DNA from: Parcubacteria group bacterium LiPW_41
GTDB lineage: Bacteria; Patescibacteriota; Minisyncoccia; UBA6257; GWB1-50-10
Length of the DNA stretch: 56,006 bases
Reading direction: 5' to 3'
Assembly: GCA_007375535.1 (NCBI GenBank)
Contig: VMEM01000006.1
Coordinates: 1-56,006 of the forward strand
Shown one piece after another: positions 1 to 9,674 of the stretch; the stretch's first letter is position 1; each line of letters opens with the position of its first letter. Position numbers and translations under genes: made by a program. Below the pieces are notes generated by a model, which did no database searches, was not told where the DNA came from, and saw only the letters and a list, made by a program, of their open reading frames with translations.

Positions 1-2
1 AA

Positions 3-193
3 AGAATCCTACTTCTCACACATACGTCGGAATACTACTAATACATTCAAGAAAGAATAAATCCAAAACAAATACAATTAACTGTGCTGTTTGAGGCACT
101 ATTGGTGCCGAGTTCACAGTTAATTGCTATTTTTTATTTATTCTTGATGAGAATGTATGTAGTATGAAGATTTTGTGTGAGAAGTAGGATTCT
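3..193. repeat. 191-nt long imperfect inverted repeat (rod-like hairpin); candidate structured ncRNA
   Basis: Perfect 20-bp arms 3-22/174-193 (AGAATCCTACTTCTCACACA), nested stems 53-62/136-145 and 75-86/115-126, apical GGCAC/GTGCC hairpin; no ORF. Confidence 0.85.
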
Positions 194-233
194 GGAGTAA
201 TAGTTGTCCACAGTGTCAAGAATTATGGTAATG

Positions 234-242
234 TGCTATAAT
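234..242 (+). promoter_or_regulatory. Extended -10 promoter of lexA
   Basis: TGC-TATAAT 14 nt upstream of the ATG at 257. Confidence 0.6.
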
Positions 243-256
243 CTACATATAAACAT

Positions 257-925
257 ATGCACACAATACAAGAAAAATTATTGGAGCTCGCAAAAATTAA
301 AAACCTCGCATCATTTTCTTTGCGTGAGATTGGTGCATTCATTGGTGAAACTTCTCCTCAAAAAATAAAGCACCACATGGAACAACTTGAGAAGCGGGGA
401 CTTCTAAATATTGATAAAGCAAAAGGAATAATAAAAAACACACGAGACAACTGGAAGAAGGGAACGAACAAGAAACAAGGAACCCTACTCAGCATCCCAA
501 TTCTTGGATATGTGAGCGCTGGACCAGCAACTATGTATGCCGACGTGTTCACTGAAGGGAACATTGAAGGCTTTCTCCGAATATCAGAATCTCTTGTTCG
601 ACCAAGGCCAACCTCTCACGTACTTTTTGCACTCCGCGTAAAGGGTCCAAGTATGAACAAGGCAACAATTGAAAAGAAAAAAATTGAGGATGGGGATTAC
701 GTAATTGTAGATACCAACGATCGAAATCCAAAAAATGGAGATATTGTGCTCTCTATCATCGATGGAATGGCTAATATAAAGCGATACTATCGAGACAATG
801 AAAACAAGCAAATAATTCTCATGTCAGATTCAAACCAAGATTTTCCACCGATATATATTCACGAAAGCGACAACTATATGATTAATGGAAAAGTAGTACA
901 GGTTATTAAGAAACCAAAGATGTAA
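257..925 (+). CDS. lexA: LexA-family repressor (HTH + S24 peptidase)
   Basis: N-terminal wHTH (SLREIG...HMEQLEKRGLL), Ala-Gly cleavage site (VSAG), catalytic Ser (VKGPSM) and Lys (NIKRY). Confidence 0.85.
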   Translation: MHTIQEKLLELAKIKNLASFSLREIGAFIGETSPQKIKHHMEQLEKRGLLNIDKAKGIIKNTRDNWKKGTNKKQGTLLSIPILGYVSAGPATMYADVFTEGNIEGFLRISESLVRPRPTSHVLFALRVKGPSMNKATIEKKKIEDGDYVIVDTNDRNPKNGDIVLSIIDGMANIKRYYRDNENKQIILMSDSNQDFPPIYIHESDNYMINGKVVQVIKKPKM

Positions 926-955
926 TATTTTAGATATATACCACGTATTATAGAT

Positions 956-1333
956 ATGAACGAAGAAAAAAATAATAATCAAGAATCATGTTGTTCTTTC
1001 TGCAAGGGAGGAAAGATGATGTGTGGAAACCAGGGAATGCATATGCATAAAGGGTGCCACATAGTTCGCTGGGTTTTGGCAATTTTAATACTTTGGGCAG
1101 TGTTTATGGGTGGAGTAAAAATTGGAGAACTAAAGGGAATGATTGATGGTGATGGATTCCGTGGATCCCGTCACATGTATGGATCACAAATGATGCGAAG
1201 TGGATATGGACTTAGGAATCAGCAAGACAGTGGATGTATTTATATGAATAAGACCCCAACAGCCTCTGGTATTGAAGAAACAACGATACCAGGCCGAGGA
1301 AAGAATGCACCAGACGGACAATTCCTTCAATAA
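956..1333 (+). CDS. Hypothetical single-pass membrane protein
   Basis: 125-aa ORF with one hydrophobic helix (WVLAILILWAVFMGG), followed by a terminator. Confidence 0.75.
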   Translation: MNEEKNNNQESCCSFCKGGKMMCGNQGMHMHKGCHIVRWVLAILILWAVFMGGVKIGELKGMIDGDGFRGSRHMYGSQMMRSGYGLRNQQDSGCIYMNKTPTASGIEETTIPGRGKNAPDGQFLQ

Positions 1334-1336
1334 TTA

Positions 1337-1359
1337 AAAATCCCCATTAAGGGGGTTTT
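1337..1359. terminator. Intrinsic terminator hairpin
   Basis: AAAATCCCC-ATTAA-GGGGGTTTT just after the stop codon. Confidence 0.7.
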
Positions 1360-1399
1360 AAATTGTATTTAAGATAATCACCAGAGTATACTTATATTT

Positions 1400-2074
1400 A
1401 TGAAGAAAACAGTAATTGCAGGCATTTTTGGGATAATAGTGCTTGTAGGACTTATGTTTCTTATTGCATCAAATACTGCAATAACCACTCCAGAAAAAAC
1501 CGTCTCATCATTCTATACCGCATGGTTTAATGGTGAATTTACAATTTCTGATAGTTCATATCAAAATGCTAGCGAACTTTCAAAAGAGTTTAAGACCAAG
1601 ATTGATTCAATTGTTTCTTCGTTTTCTAGTGGAGGATACGATCCAGTTGTCTGTGCGCAAGATTTTCCAATAGGGTTTGAAATAATTCCAATACTTGTAA
1701 ATGATACCAACGCAGAGGTTGGTGTACGCGAATATTTTGATACCATTGTAAAAGATGTGAAAGTATCTTTGGTTCGTGAAAATGCATTATGGAAAATCAC
1801 CGACGTCATCTGTGGTGATATGCCAAAACAAGACACAACAAGCAGTCAATTTGAACGCGTGGGAAATATCGTGGAAAAAGATAACGAATGGATTCTTATT
1901 CATGAAGAACAAGGGAAGCCAGCACTCTCGGTGCTTTTAGATTTTTCCGACTGGCGTTGTGGAGGCGGTGACGATCGGTGTGTTCCATCTTTTGAACAAG
2001 GAGCACGTGTAAAAGTTATTGGCAAAAAAATCAACGAGACAGTTATTCTCGTTGACTCAGTAGTCGAGCTCTAA
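1400..2074 (+). CDS. Membrane-anchored exported protein, DUF3828-like domain
   Basis: N-terminal TM helix; FY..WF and YDPVVCAQD motifs resemble DUF3828/YbjP. Confidence 0.65.
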   Translation: MKKTVIAGIFGIIVLVGLMFLIASNTAITTPEKTVSSFYTAWFNGEFTISDSSYQNASELSKEFKTKIDSIVSSFSSGGYDPVVCAQDFPIGFEIIPILVNDTNAEVGVREYFDTIVKDVKVSLVRENALWKITDVICGDMPKQDTTSSQFERVGNIVEKDNEWILIHEEQGKPALSVLLDFSDWRCGGGDDRCVPSFEQGARVKVIGKKINETVILVDSVVEL

Positions 2075-2080
2075 ATTTAC

Positions 2081-3469
2081 TTAAGGTCTAAATCGACGTC
2101 GTACCCCATTTCTTGAAGGTGCTGACGACCGACCGCTTCCTCCGTTTCTTGATGGAACAGAAGTTGTTGGTTTGCGATCACTTGAAAATGGTCGTGGACG
2201 TGATGATCCCTGTCCTGTACGTGACCGTGGAGTGCCAAACGAGCGTCGTGGTCTTTCGTCTTGAAAATGACCTCGTGATGGTCCGCGAGAACGAGAAAAA
2301 GATGGACGTCGTTCCTCTCGTTGTTCAATTCTATGAAGTGGATGTGCGGTAGGTAATTCTGGAAGTTTTGACACAGGAAGTTCTCGAGAGATAAGTTGTT
2401 CAATTACTCGAATATCTCTTTTCTCATCTGGTCGCGCAAAAGAAATTGCACGTCCAACTTCACCCGCACGTCCCGTTCTTCCAATTCGGTGAACATAATC
2501 TTCTGCGTTCTCTGGAAGATCATAATTAATAACCAACTCAATATTTTTTACATCAATACCACGTGCAGCGATATCGGTTGCAACAAGCACGCGATAGGTT
2601 CCATTTTTAAATCCTTGCAACGCTTCTTTTCTTTGATTGAGTGAACGATTTGAATGAATCTCTGTTGCGGGATTTCCAAATCCACGCACCATAAGTGCAA
2701 TCTTCCTTGCGCCATGTTTTGTTCGAGCAAACACAAGAACCGAACCCTGATATTCTTGAAGAACTTTTTCAAGAAGACGCGGTTTGTCTTCATGTGGTAC
2801 GAAAAATACTTCCTGTGTAACATCCTTTGCAGTACTTCCTTGTGGCGCAACTTCAACACGTATTGGAAGTGATAGATACATTCGTGCAATTGAAACAATT
2901 GATTCAGGCATTGTTGCCGAAAACAACATTGTTTGTCGTTCCTTAGGAAGTAATGCATGAATTCGTTTTAACTGAGGAGCAAATCCCATATCAAGCATTC
3001 TGTCTGCTTCATCAAGTACAAGAATTTTTACATGCTGCAATGAAACGGTTCGTTGCTCGGTATGGTCAACAATTCTTCCTGGAGTTCCGATAATGATATT
3101 AGGATTGCGAGAAAGTTGTCGTATCTGTTTTCCAATTGGTTCACCACCAATTAACACTGCAGTCTTTATTCCAAGTGGTTTTCCAATTGCAGAAATTGCC
3201 TCATCAATTTGAAGTGCAAGTTCACGTGTTGGGGCAATAACAAGAGATGTTCCTTTCTTCTGAATTGCATTCTGAATAAGCGGAATACCAAACGCAAGCG
3301 TTTTTCCTGTTCCTGTTTGGGCAATACCCATTACATCCTTTCCTTGTAAAAGAGAGGCGATAGCCTGTTCTTGAATTGGTGTTGGAGTAATAAAATTCAA
3401 TTTTGTAAGAATTTCCATGATAGCTGGTGCAATACCAAACCCATGAAATCCTTGTTCTTTCCTATTCAT
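2081..3469 (-). CDS. DEAD-box RNA helicase (RhlE-like) with Arg/Ser-rich tail
   Basis: Q motif, AQTGTGKT, PTRELA, DEAD, SAT, HRIGRTGR motifs. Confidence 0.95.
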   Translation of the reverse strand: MNRKEQGFHGFGIAPAIMEILTKLNFITPTPIQEQAIASLLQGKDVMGIAQTGTGKTLAFGIPLIQNAIQKKGTSLVIAPTRELALQIDEAISAIGKPLGIKTAVLIGGEPIGKQIRQLSRNPNIIIGTPGRIVDHTEQRTVSLQHVKILVLDEADRMLDMGFAPQLKRIHALLPKERQTMLFSATMPESIVSIARMYLSLPIRVEVAPQGSTAKDVTQEVFFVPHEDKPRLLEKVLQEYQGSVLVFARTKHGARKIALMVRGFGNPATEIHSNRSLNQRKEALQGFKNGTYRVLVATDIAARGIDVKNIELVINYDLPENAEDYVHRIGRTGRAGEVGRAISFARPDEKRDIRVIEQLISRELPVSKLPELPTAHPLHRIEQREERRPSFSRSRGPSRGHFQDERPRRSFGTPRSRTGQGSSRPRPFSSDRKPTTSVPSRNGGSGRSSAPSRNGVRRRFRP

Positions 3470-3512
3470 ACTAGTGACTTAACAATATAATAAAAATATT
3501 ATTTTGTCAATT

Positions 3513-4376
3513 CTAGTAGTGCATATCTTGCGGAACTCCACCCTCCATTTGAATACGTTGAAGCTTCAAATTCCCATCTATAATTGCGGTTTTGAGCAAC
3601 TTCATTCGCTTCTCATTCACGAGCGTATAGACTCCTGGTTCTGGATTAAGCGCACGAACCATTCGATCAATTTTCTCTGCTCGTTCTTTTTCTCCCTGCA
3701 TCGCGAGTTGAAGATCATTATGATCAACAAACCCGTCAGCTGAGATAAATTTTTTGGTAAATGTCACCTCTGAATGATTTTGCTCGACGCCTTTTTCCTT
3801 TCCATTCATAAGTCGCGCAATAATCTCTGCAAGCATTGCACCACCAAGATGAGCAAGCACATCGTGAAGCTCTACAAACGATATAGTATTCAAATCAAAT
3901 CCTTTCAATACTTTTTCTTCTATCACTGGTCCGTGATCAATGTCTTTGTCGACAAAATATAATGAAACACCTGTTTCTTTTTCGCCAAACAAAATTGCCG
4001 ATTGAATAGGGGATGAGCCACGCAATTTTGGAAGTAATGATGGATGGACGCCCACCGTTCCATATTTTGGAATATCGAGAATCGATTGTGGAATTATTTT
4101 TGCATATGCAGCGACAACAAATAAATCAACACTCATTTCTTTAAGTGTTGATTCTATCTCGATTAATTTTTCTGGTTGGAATATTTGTATCGAACTTTTC
4201 TTTGATTCAGGTAATTCACTAATATATCGCTTTACTGGCGGGGGAGTAATAATTTTTTTTCGCCCTACAGGTCGATCAGGATTACATACAACTGCAGCAG
4301 GAATATGTCCCGCATCAATAAGATGTTTCAATACTATTTCTGCAAACTCGGGAGTCCCAAAGAAAATATATGACAT
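3513..4376 (-). CDS. fmt: Methionyl-tRNA formyltransferase
   Basis: FFGTPEFA, PDRPVGR, HPSLLPKLRG, D.GP motifs; directly downstream of def. Confidence 0.93.
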   Translation of the reverse strand: MSYIFFGTPEFAEIVLKHLIDAGHIPAAVVCNPDRPVGRKKIITPPPVKRYISELPESKKSSIQIFQPEKLIEIESTLKEMSVDLFVVAAYAKIIPQSILDIPKYGTVGVHPSLLPKLRGSSPIQSAILFGEKETGVSLYFVDKDIDHGPVIEEKVLKGFDLNTISFVELHDVLAHLGGAMLAEIIARLMNGKEKGVEQNHSEVTFTKKFISADGFVDHNDLQLAMQGEKERAEKIDRMVRALNPEPGVYTLVNEKRMKLLKTAIIDGNLKLQRIQMEGGVPQDMHY

Positions 4377-4381
4377 GCTTA

Positions 4382-4894
4382 CTATTTTTTTATTTGGATT
4401 TTTCGTGCGTTCTTCGTTCGATCAATAAACAAGTGTCCATCAAGATGGTCTACCTCGTGTTGGAATATTCGAGCAAGAAGTCCCCACGCTTTTAATTTTA
4501 TTTTCTTTCCTTTTATGTCTTGCCCCTCAAGAGTGACTCGATATGCACGGGGAGTTGGGCCATACATTTCTGGAACACTCAAACATCCTTCTTCAATTGT
4601 TGAAAGTTCTTCAGAAAATTTCGTAATCACCGGATTGAATATTGCATAAAATTTTTGCTTTCCTTGGCTATCCGGTGCCTCAGCAACAAAAAAACGCTCG
4701 TTTATACCAATCTGGTTTGCAGAAAGTCCAACGCCATTTGCGCGCTTCATTGTCTCTCGCATCACCTTAATCAACTCTTTTAACTCCTTTTCTGTATACT
4801 TATCAAAATTAAATGAGACGGTTTTCTTTCGAAGAAACGCTTCGTCTTTGCTTTCCGCTACTGTTACTATTGGTCTTACTTCTTTTTGATTCAT
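4382..4894 (-). CDS. def: Peptide deformylase
   Basis: GVGLSANQIG, EGCLS, HEVDH motifs; start taken at ATG 4894 (MNQKEV) rather than 4924. Confidence 0.95.
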   Translation of the reverse strand: MNQKEVRPIVTVAESKDEAFLRKKTVSFNFDKYTEKELKELIKVMRETMKRANGVGLSANQIGINERFFVAEAPDSQGKQKFYAIFNPVITKFSEELSTIEEGCLSVPEMYGPTPRAYRVTLEGQDIKGKKIKLKAWGLLARIFQHEVDHLDGHLFIDRTKNARKIQIKK

Positions 4895-5180
4895 TGATTT
4901 TCTTTTGTTTGGTTGGTTTCCCAAATTCAGAGAAAAAAACCTTCATAAAATACGCCCCTTTATTTTTTACTTCCTTTTGATCATAAATTCTTCTTGCAAC
5001 CGAAAGCAGTGCACTTGCCCCATACTGCTTTGCGAGCTTCATATAGAGTGCCTTGTGCGTCCTGTCTCCAAGCATTTCAGCGACCTCAAGTCCGGTAAGT
5101 TGATACTCTCTATATACGTGACTCTCCTTGCTCCGCTCTTTTAATAACTTCAAATAATTCTCATCAAGCGGCATTTCCAT
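4809..5180 (-). CDS. Hypothetical basic protein upstream of def
   Basis: 123-aa ORF fills the space up to the thpR promoter; 3' end overlaps def by 86 nt. Confidence 0.7.
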   Translation of the reverse strand: MEMPLDENYLKLLKERSKESHVYREYQLTGLEVAEMLGDRTHKALYMKLAKQYGASALLSVARRIYDQKEVKNKGAYFMKVFFSEFGKPTKQKKINESKRSKTNSNSSGKQRRSVSSKENRLI

Positions 5181-5203
5181 TATTCTATGCTATTATTTAT
5201 GGT

Positions 5204-5749
5204 ATGAAAAGGTTGTTCGTAGCGTTCGAACTACCTATGGCGACACGGGACTCTATTGATGTGGCGTTGTCTTCCATTGTGAAAAAAATTCCGCTCGAGG
5301 CACGGGTTGTTTCTCATGAAAATCTCCATATTACTATTTCTTTTCTTGGTGATCAGGATGATATGATGATAAACCCAATACTTGAATCAATGAGGGGAGT
5401 AACAATACCAGAATCACTTTCGATACGTTTTCAATCAATTGACTACGGTCCGCCATCATACGAAAAAAAGATGGTATGGGCGTCTCTCGCGCGAGAAACA
5501 TCAAAAGAACTGGAATTTATAAAACTTTCCCTTGAAGCAAACCTCTATAGAAACGGGGTTCAATGGGAACGAGATAATTATCCAAATTTTAATGGACATG
5601 TAACACTCGCACGATTCAATCCACGCACTCGTGAACGTCTTGAACCAATTTTTACTCCATTTACCGAATCGTTCCACCCAATAGAACTTTCATTATTTGA
5701 ATCAGAACTCACTCCATTTGGCCCAAACTATTACAAAATAGAAAATTGA
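5204..5749 (+). CDS. thpR: RNA 2',3'-cyclic phosphodiesterase (2H family)
   Basis: RLFVA start and two HxT motifs (LHITISFLG, GHVTLAR). Confidence 0.9.
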   Translation: MKRLFVAFELPMATRDSIDVALSSIVKKIPLEARVVSHENLHITISFLGDQDDMMINPILESMRGVTIPESLSIRFQSIDYGPPSYEKKMVWASLARETSKELEFIKLSLEANLYRNGVQWERDNYPNFNGHVTLARFNPRTRERLEPIFTPFTESFHPIELSLFESELTPFGPNYYKIEN

Positions 5750-5774
5750 CAGATATATAGAAAATACTTATAGT
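5746..5774 (+). promoter_or_regulatory. Sigma70 promoter of the 5807 cassette
   Basis: TTGACA (overlaps thpR stop) -17 nt- TATAGT. Confidence 0.75.
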
Positions 5775-5806
5775 TTCTCCATCATTAACAAAGCTTGGAG
5801 GAAATA

Positions 5807-6319
5807 ATGAACGATGCAAAACGATTTGCTCTCACCTTGGGTATTATCGGTATCATTTTTTCAGTTTTCCGATTCAATCCAATAATCATATTTGGAGAAA
5901 TAATTAATTATCCAAGAATTCTCGATGTTTTGTTTCTTGCAATTATTGGCTACAATGCGGGACATTCCCTCGATGAAGAATACGATGAAGCGGTAGAAAA
6001 AAATACCTACGGATTTATTGTATTCATGGTACTTCTCATTGTGTTACTTCTCATAAACTTCATCATTCATTGGTGTTTTAATAACGAGATATATACATAC
6101 ATAGTGTTAGGAATATCTGCGTTACTTGGAATTATACTTACACTTTTTTCTCAAAATTCTGTATTTGATGAAAAAAAACTTTCTGCGTTGTTTAATTTAA
6201 GCATATTGGTAAGTGTCCCATTTGGAATATTTCTAGGATCAGGACTCATTGCAATACCATTTATGCTCACACCAGTAATAACATTAGGAATGAAGCGTCT
6301 TTTTCTCAAAAAGACGTAA
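5807..6319 (+). CDS. Multi-pass membrane protein, unknown function
   Basis: GGAGG at 5797-5801 before ATG 5807; about 5-6 hydrophobic segments. Confidence 0.75.
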   Translation: MNDAKRFALTLGIIGIIFSVFRFNPIIIFGEIINYPRILDVLFLAIIGYNAGHSLDEEYDEAVEKNTYGFIVFMVLLIVLLLINFIIHWCFNNEIYTYIVLGISALLGIILTLFSQNSVFDEKKLSALFNLSILVSVPFGIFLGSGLIAIPFMLTPVITLGMKRLFLKKT

Positions 6320-6329
6320 TAGTTAAACC

Positions 6330-6354
6330 CACCCCCTACGCGGGGTGTTTTTTT
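6330..6354 (+). terminator. Intrinsic terminator
   Basis: CACCCC-CTACGC-GGGGTG followed by a T-run. Confidence 0.7.
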
Positions 6355-6391
6355 GCATACAACCAGGAACTCTGATTTAATTAGAGATAAT

Positions 6392-7600
6392 ATGTGGAAT
6401 AATAAATGGAAAATCTCTCTTGGTGCATTACTCATTTTAATAATTATTTGTGCCTCACTCTTTGTTGGGTACTCATATGGAAACAAACGATCGGTGGTAA
6501 TATCAGACCCGCGATCGCTTATAAAATCTGATTTTTCTTTATTTTGGGAATCAGTTGATGTGGTCCAAAATAAATATGTTGACTCAAGCGCAATAAAAGA
6601 CGACTCAATGCTCTATGGTGCAATTCGCGGAATGGTTGCATCTCTTGAGGACCCTTATTCTGATTTCTTTGACCCATCAGACGCAAAGAAGTTTGACGAA
6701 GATCTTTCTGGTGCATTTGGTGGTATTGGTGCAGAGATCGGGCTTCGTAATGGAATAGTAACCATTGTAACTCCACTCAAAGGAAATCCAGCAGAAAAAG
6801 CAGGACTACTTCCGCTTGATAAAATACTTCGGATAGACAACACCACCACAACAAATATGTCTACCGAGAGCGCAGTAAAAATAATTCGAGGAGAACCAGG
6901 AACAAAGGTTCGTCTTCTTATTTTCCGTGATTCATTTAAAGAACCGAAAGAATTCACCATAACACGTGCAATCGTTCAGGTTCCAACACTTGATCTCGAA
7001 ATGAAGACCACCTCAAATGGAAAGAAGATCGCACATATGCATTTGTATAATTTCAATGCTAATGTTCCACAAATTTTTCAAGAAAAAATAAATGAAGCCG
7101 CAGATCAAAATGCAGACGGAATTATTCTTGATCTAAGAAATAATCCGGGAGGATTTCTTGAGGTTGCAGTTGATCTCGGGGGATGGTTCTTAGAATCAGG
7201 AAAAACAGTGGTCATCGAAAAAACAAGAACAGGAGAGGAGGTGGTCCGCGTTGCTCGTGGAAGTGGTGTGTTAAAGGATATTCCACTTGTGGTATTGGTA
7301 AATGAAGGAAGTGCATCCGCAGCAGAAATTCTTGCGGGAGCAATTCGCGATATCCGCGGAGTAACTCTTGTTGGAGAAAAAACATTTGGAAAGGGAAGTG
7401 TACAGGAAGTTGTTGATTTAAAAGATGGATCAAAATTAAAGGTGACGATTGCACATTGGTTCACTCCAAAGAAAACAAAAATTGATAAAACAGGAATTGA
7501 TCCAGATATAAAAGTAAAAATGACAGAAAAAGATATCGAACAAAAAAAAGACCCACAACTTGAAAAAGCGTTGGACGTCATAGGAAAACAAATAAACTAA
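6392..7600 (+). CDS. ctpA: Carboxy-terminal processing protease (S41, PDZ)
   Basis: N-terminal [37 protein letters not shown] motifs; start taken at ATG 6392. Confidence 0.92.
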   Translation: MWNNKWKISLGALLILIIICASLFVGYSYGNKRSVVISDPRSLIKSDFSLFWESVDVVQNKYVDSSAIKDDSMLYGAIRGMVASLEDPYSDFFDPSDAKKFDEDLSGAFGGIGAEIGLRNGIVTIVTPLKGNPAEKAGLLPLDKILRIDNTTTTNMSTESAVKIIRGEPGTKVRLLIFRDSFKEPKEFTITRAIVQVPTLDLEMKTTSNGKKIAHMHLYNFNANVPQIFQEKINEAADQNADGIILDLRNNPGGFLEVAVDLGGWFLESGKTVVIEKTRTGEEVVRVARGSGVLKDIPLVVLVNEGSASAAEILAGAIRDIRGVTLVGEKTFGKGSVQEVVDLKDGSKLKVTIAHWFTPKKTKIDKTGIDPDIKVKMTEKDIEQKKDPQLEKALDVIGKQIN

Positions 7601-7602
7601 TC

Positions 7603-8040
7603 ATGAAAATAATTTTTTTGAAAGATGTAAAAGGAGTAGGAAGGAAAGGAGAAGTGAAAGAAATAAATGATGGATACGCACGAAATTTTCTCATCCTCAA
7701 GGGCTTTGGCGCACAAGCAACATCTGGAGTGATAAACAAGGTTACTAAAGAACAATCAGAAAAAAATGATGCACACATACGAAAAGTGCAATCATTAAAA
7801 AAAATTGGTGAATCAATGAAAAATGTAAAACTTCATTTTTCGCTTAAAGCAGGAGAAAAGGGGGAATTGTTTGGTTCGGTAACTACAAAAGATATAGAAA
7901 AAGATCTTGTAAAATATGGAGCAGAAGAATCAAAAGCGATTCTTGATCACCCAATCAAATCACTTGGAGAACACAAAGTGATGATAGACCTCGGAGAAGG
8001 AGTTACTACAGAAATTGTTGTTGAAGTAAAAAAACAATAA
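7603..8040 (+). CDS. rplI: 50S ribosomal protein L9
   Basis: [24 protein letters not shown] and GELFGSVT motifs. Confidence 0.96.
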   Translation: MKIIFLKDVKGVGRKGEVKEINDGYARNFLILKGFGAQATSGVINKVTKEQSEKNDAHIRKVQSLKKIGESMKNVKLHFSLKAGEKGELFGSVTTKDIEKDLVKYGAEESKAILDHPIKSLGEHKVMIDLGEGVTTEIVVEVKKQ

Positions 8041-8044
8041 AAAC

Positions 8045-8070
8045 AAAAATCCCCCTGCGGGGGATTTTTT
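8045..8070. terminator. Bidirectional terminator between rplI and rpmA
   Basis: AAAAATCCCCC-TGC-GGGGGATTTTTT. Confidence 0.85.
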
Positions 8071-8071
8071 A

Positions 8072-8344
8072 TTATTTTACGTTTATTACTGAAACTCTTT
8101 TCTTTGATCGATCGAAGTTCACCTTCTGTTTACTTGAAAACTTTATTGTTCCTGGAACCTTTGCATAAAGTGTGTCATCACCACCACGAAGAACATTTGT
8201 TCCTGGATGATATTTTGTTCCACGTTGGCGAACTAAAACTTCGCCTGCTTTTACAATTTGTCCATCAAAACGCTTCACGCCGAGACGTTTAGATTCGGAC
8301 TCTCGTCCTAATTTGGTAGATCCTTTCGCTTTGGTATGTGCCAT
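8072..8344 (-). CDS. rpmA: 50S ribosomal protein L27
   Basis: [31 protein letters not shown]. Confidence 0.97.
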   Translation of the reverse strand: MAHTKAKGSTKLGRESESKRLGVKRFDGQIVKAGEVLVRQRGTKYHPGTNVLRGGDDTLYAKVPGTIKFSSKQKVNFDRSKKRVSVINVK

Positions 8345-8375
8345 AACTTCTTAACCGATATATAATAATCCAGAT

Positions 8376-8564
8376 ATGCATAACCTGTCAACAATGCCTG
8401 ACGAACACCAGCCTCCGCAGTGGCTGAAAAAGGCTCTTTTTTGGCTCATAATTGCCCTTATAAGCGTCTTTTTCTTCTGTTTGGGATACTTCTACGGAAA
8501 GGGGAATGAGCCCACAAAAATCATTATAGAGAAGGGTTGTAATAACGGGGAAACTGTTCAATAA
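8376..8564 (+). CDS. Small single-TM protein (start 8376 or 8394)
   Basis: One strong TM helix (ALFWLIIALISVFFFCLGYFY); 5' end overlaps the probable rpmA promoter. Confidence 0.5.
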   Translation: MHNLSTMPDEHQPPQWLKKALFWLIIALISVFFFCLGYFYGKGNEPTKIIIEKGCNNGETVQ

Positions 8565-8599
8565 TAGACACAATTCTTTAATAATCTTTAGGAGGAAAG

Positions 8600-8917
8600 A
8601 TGAGCTACAAAACGAGCAAAGGAAGTCTACTTGTCATTCAAATAACTGGGATGGGTGGACGATATATCGCAGAAGTAACAGAAGAAAAACCATTGACTCT
8701 AAAAGTAACCGAAACAGGTCCGTTCTCAAATCTAAAAATATCTGGGGATTTTATCATTAATGAAATTGATTCCATCGCAATTCAAAACGATGAAAGCGGA
8801 GATGCACTGGTTGCAAAATATTTCAATGAAAAAAGACCGTTACAATCAGGACTCGAAGTACTTGGAGTTACTGATGGAAAATTACACGAAATACTTCCAG
8901 GACCAGTCGAAGAATAA
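8600..8917 (+). CDS. Hypothetical protein
   Basis: AGGAGG SD at 8590-8595; 105 aa. Confidence 0.75.
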   Translation: MSYKTSKGSLLVIQITGMGGRYIAEVTEEKPLTLKVTETGPFSNLKISGDFIINEIDSIAIQNDESGDALVAKYFNEKRPLQSGLEVLGVTDGKLHEILPGPVEE

Positions 8918-8932
8918 CTTATTGGAGGAATT

Positions 8933-9181
8933 ATGAATTGGGAAATTCAAACCGATGATATCGGATATCGAATCTTTATTTGTCACTATTGTATTGCAAT
9001 GATTGGTTTAATAATTTCTTTTTCTCATTTTTTGTTTCCAATTGGATTAGCCTTAATAGTGATGATTACAATCTCGGGATTTGCACTGTTTGGCATGAAT
9101 CAATCAGAGCTTTGTGGAGTTTTTTACCGAAACTTCTATACATGGGCAAACCTTCCACAATTTAAAGAAAAAACACATTAA
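8933..9181 (+). CDS. Small 2-TM membrane protein
   Basis: GGAGG SD at 8924-8928; two hydrophobic helices; terminator follows. Confidence 0.72.
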   Translation: MNWEIQTDDIGYRIFICHYCIAMIGLIISFSHFLFPIGLALIVMITISGFALFGMNQSELCGVFYRNFYTWANLPQFKEKTH

Positions 9182-9186
9182 TAAAA

Positions 9187-9212
9187 CCCCGCCAGTCCAT
9201 GGACTAGCGGGG
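9187..9212. terminator. Hairpin terminator
   Basis: CCCCGC-CAGTCC-AT-GGACT-AGCGGGG. Confidence 0.65.
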
Positions 9213-9224
9213 ATCATTATTACA

Positions 9225-9253
9225 TTGACATTTTCAATCTTATGTGCTAAAAT
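9225..9253 (+). promoter_or_regulatory. Consensus sigma70 promoter
   Basis: TTGACA -17 nt- TAAAAT with TG extension. Confidence 0.8.
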
Positions 9254-9278
9254 TGGAACATAACATTTTGGAGGAAGA

Positions 9279-9431
9279 ATGTCCTTTGTAATATTAATAC
9301 TTGGCCTTGTTATTGGTCTACTTACATCTCTTGTCGAATTTTTTACTGAAAATGGCGTAAGAAAATCATTCTGGATGATAACTTTTTTTCTTCTTTTTGC
9401 TGCTGCAATAACAAAATATTTCGGTTTCTAA
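9279..9431 (+). CDS. 50-aa 2-TM microprotein (not in the ORF track)
   Basis: MSFVILILGLVIGLLTSLVEFFTENGVRKSFWMITFFLLFAAAITKYFGF*; has its own promoter, GGAGG SD and terminator. Confidence 0.75.
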   Translation: MSFVILILGLVIGLLTSLVEFFTENGVRKSFWMITFFLLFAAAITKYFGF

Positions 9432-9442
9432 ATCATCACATT

Positions 9443-9478
9443 ATTCCCGACTATTATTGTCGGGAATTTTATTTTCTT
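9443..9478 (+). terminator. Intrinsic terminator
   Basis: ATTCCCGAC-TATTATT-GTCGGGAAT followed by a T-rich tail. Confidence 0.8.
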
Positions 9479-9483
9479 GATTA

Positions 9484-9673
9484 GTGCGCGGGAGAGGATT
9501 TGCCATTCCGGTTAATCACTCGCCGTCGCTCGTGATTACCTTCAGGCCGGCCCTCGCGGTGCATTCTGCTGAATGCACAACGCTCCGGGCTTCAAATTCT
9601 ATCGCAAAACAAAAAATTGTTTTGCTCCTCCCGCTTCATAATAAAAAAGAGCTTTCGCTCTTTTTTGTTTTAT
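9484..9673. mobile_element. Small structured element bounded by a 19-bp duplication of the tRNA-Leu 3' end
   Basis: GTGCGCGGGAGAGGATTTG occurs at 9484-9502 and 9674-9692; interior consists of several hairpins; no recombinase nearby. Confidence 0.45.
9645..9666 (-). terminator. tRNA-Leu terminator
   Basis: AAAAAAGAGC-TTTC-GCTCTTTTTT-type hairpin just 3' of the tRNA. Confidence 0.75.
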
Positions 9674-9674
9674 G

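Noticed and set aside
204-212. DnaA box TTGTCCACA upstream of lexA
   Set aside because: A single isolated near-match, expected by chance
194-256. LexA operator
   Set aside because: No convincing palindrome shared between the lexA promoter and other repair genes; TGTAC-N4-GTACA at 31998-32011 is a lone instance and was not called
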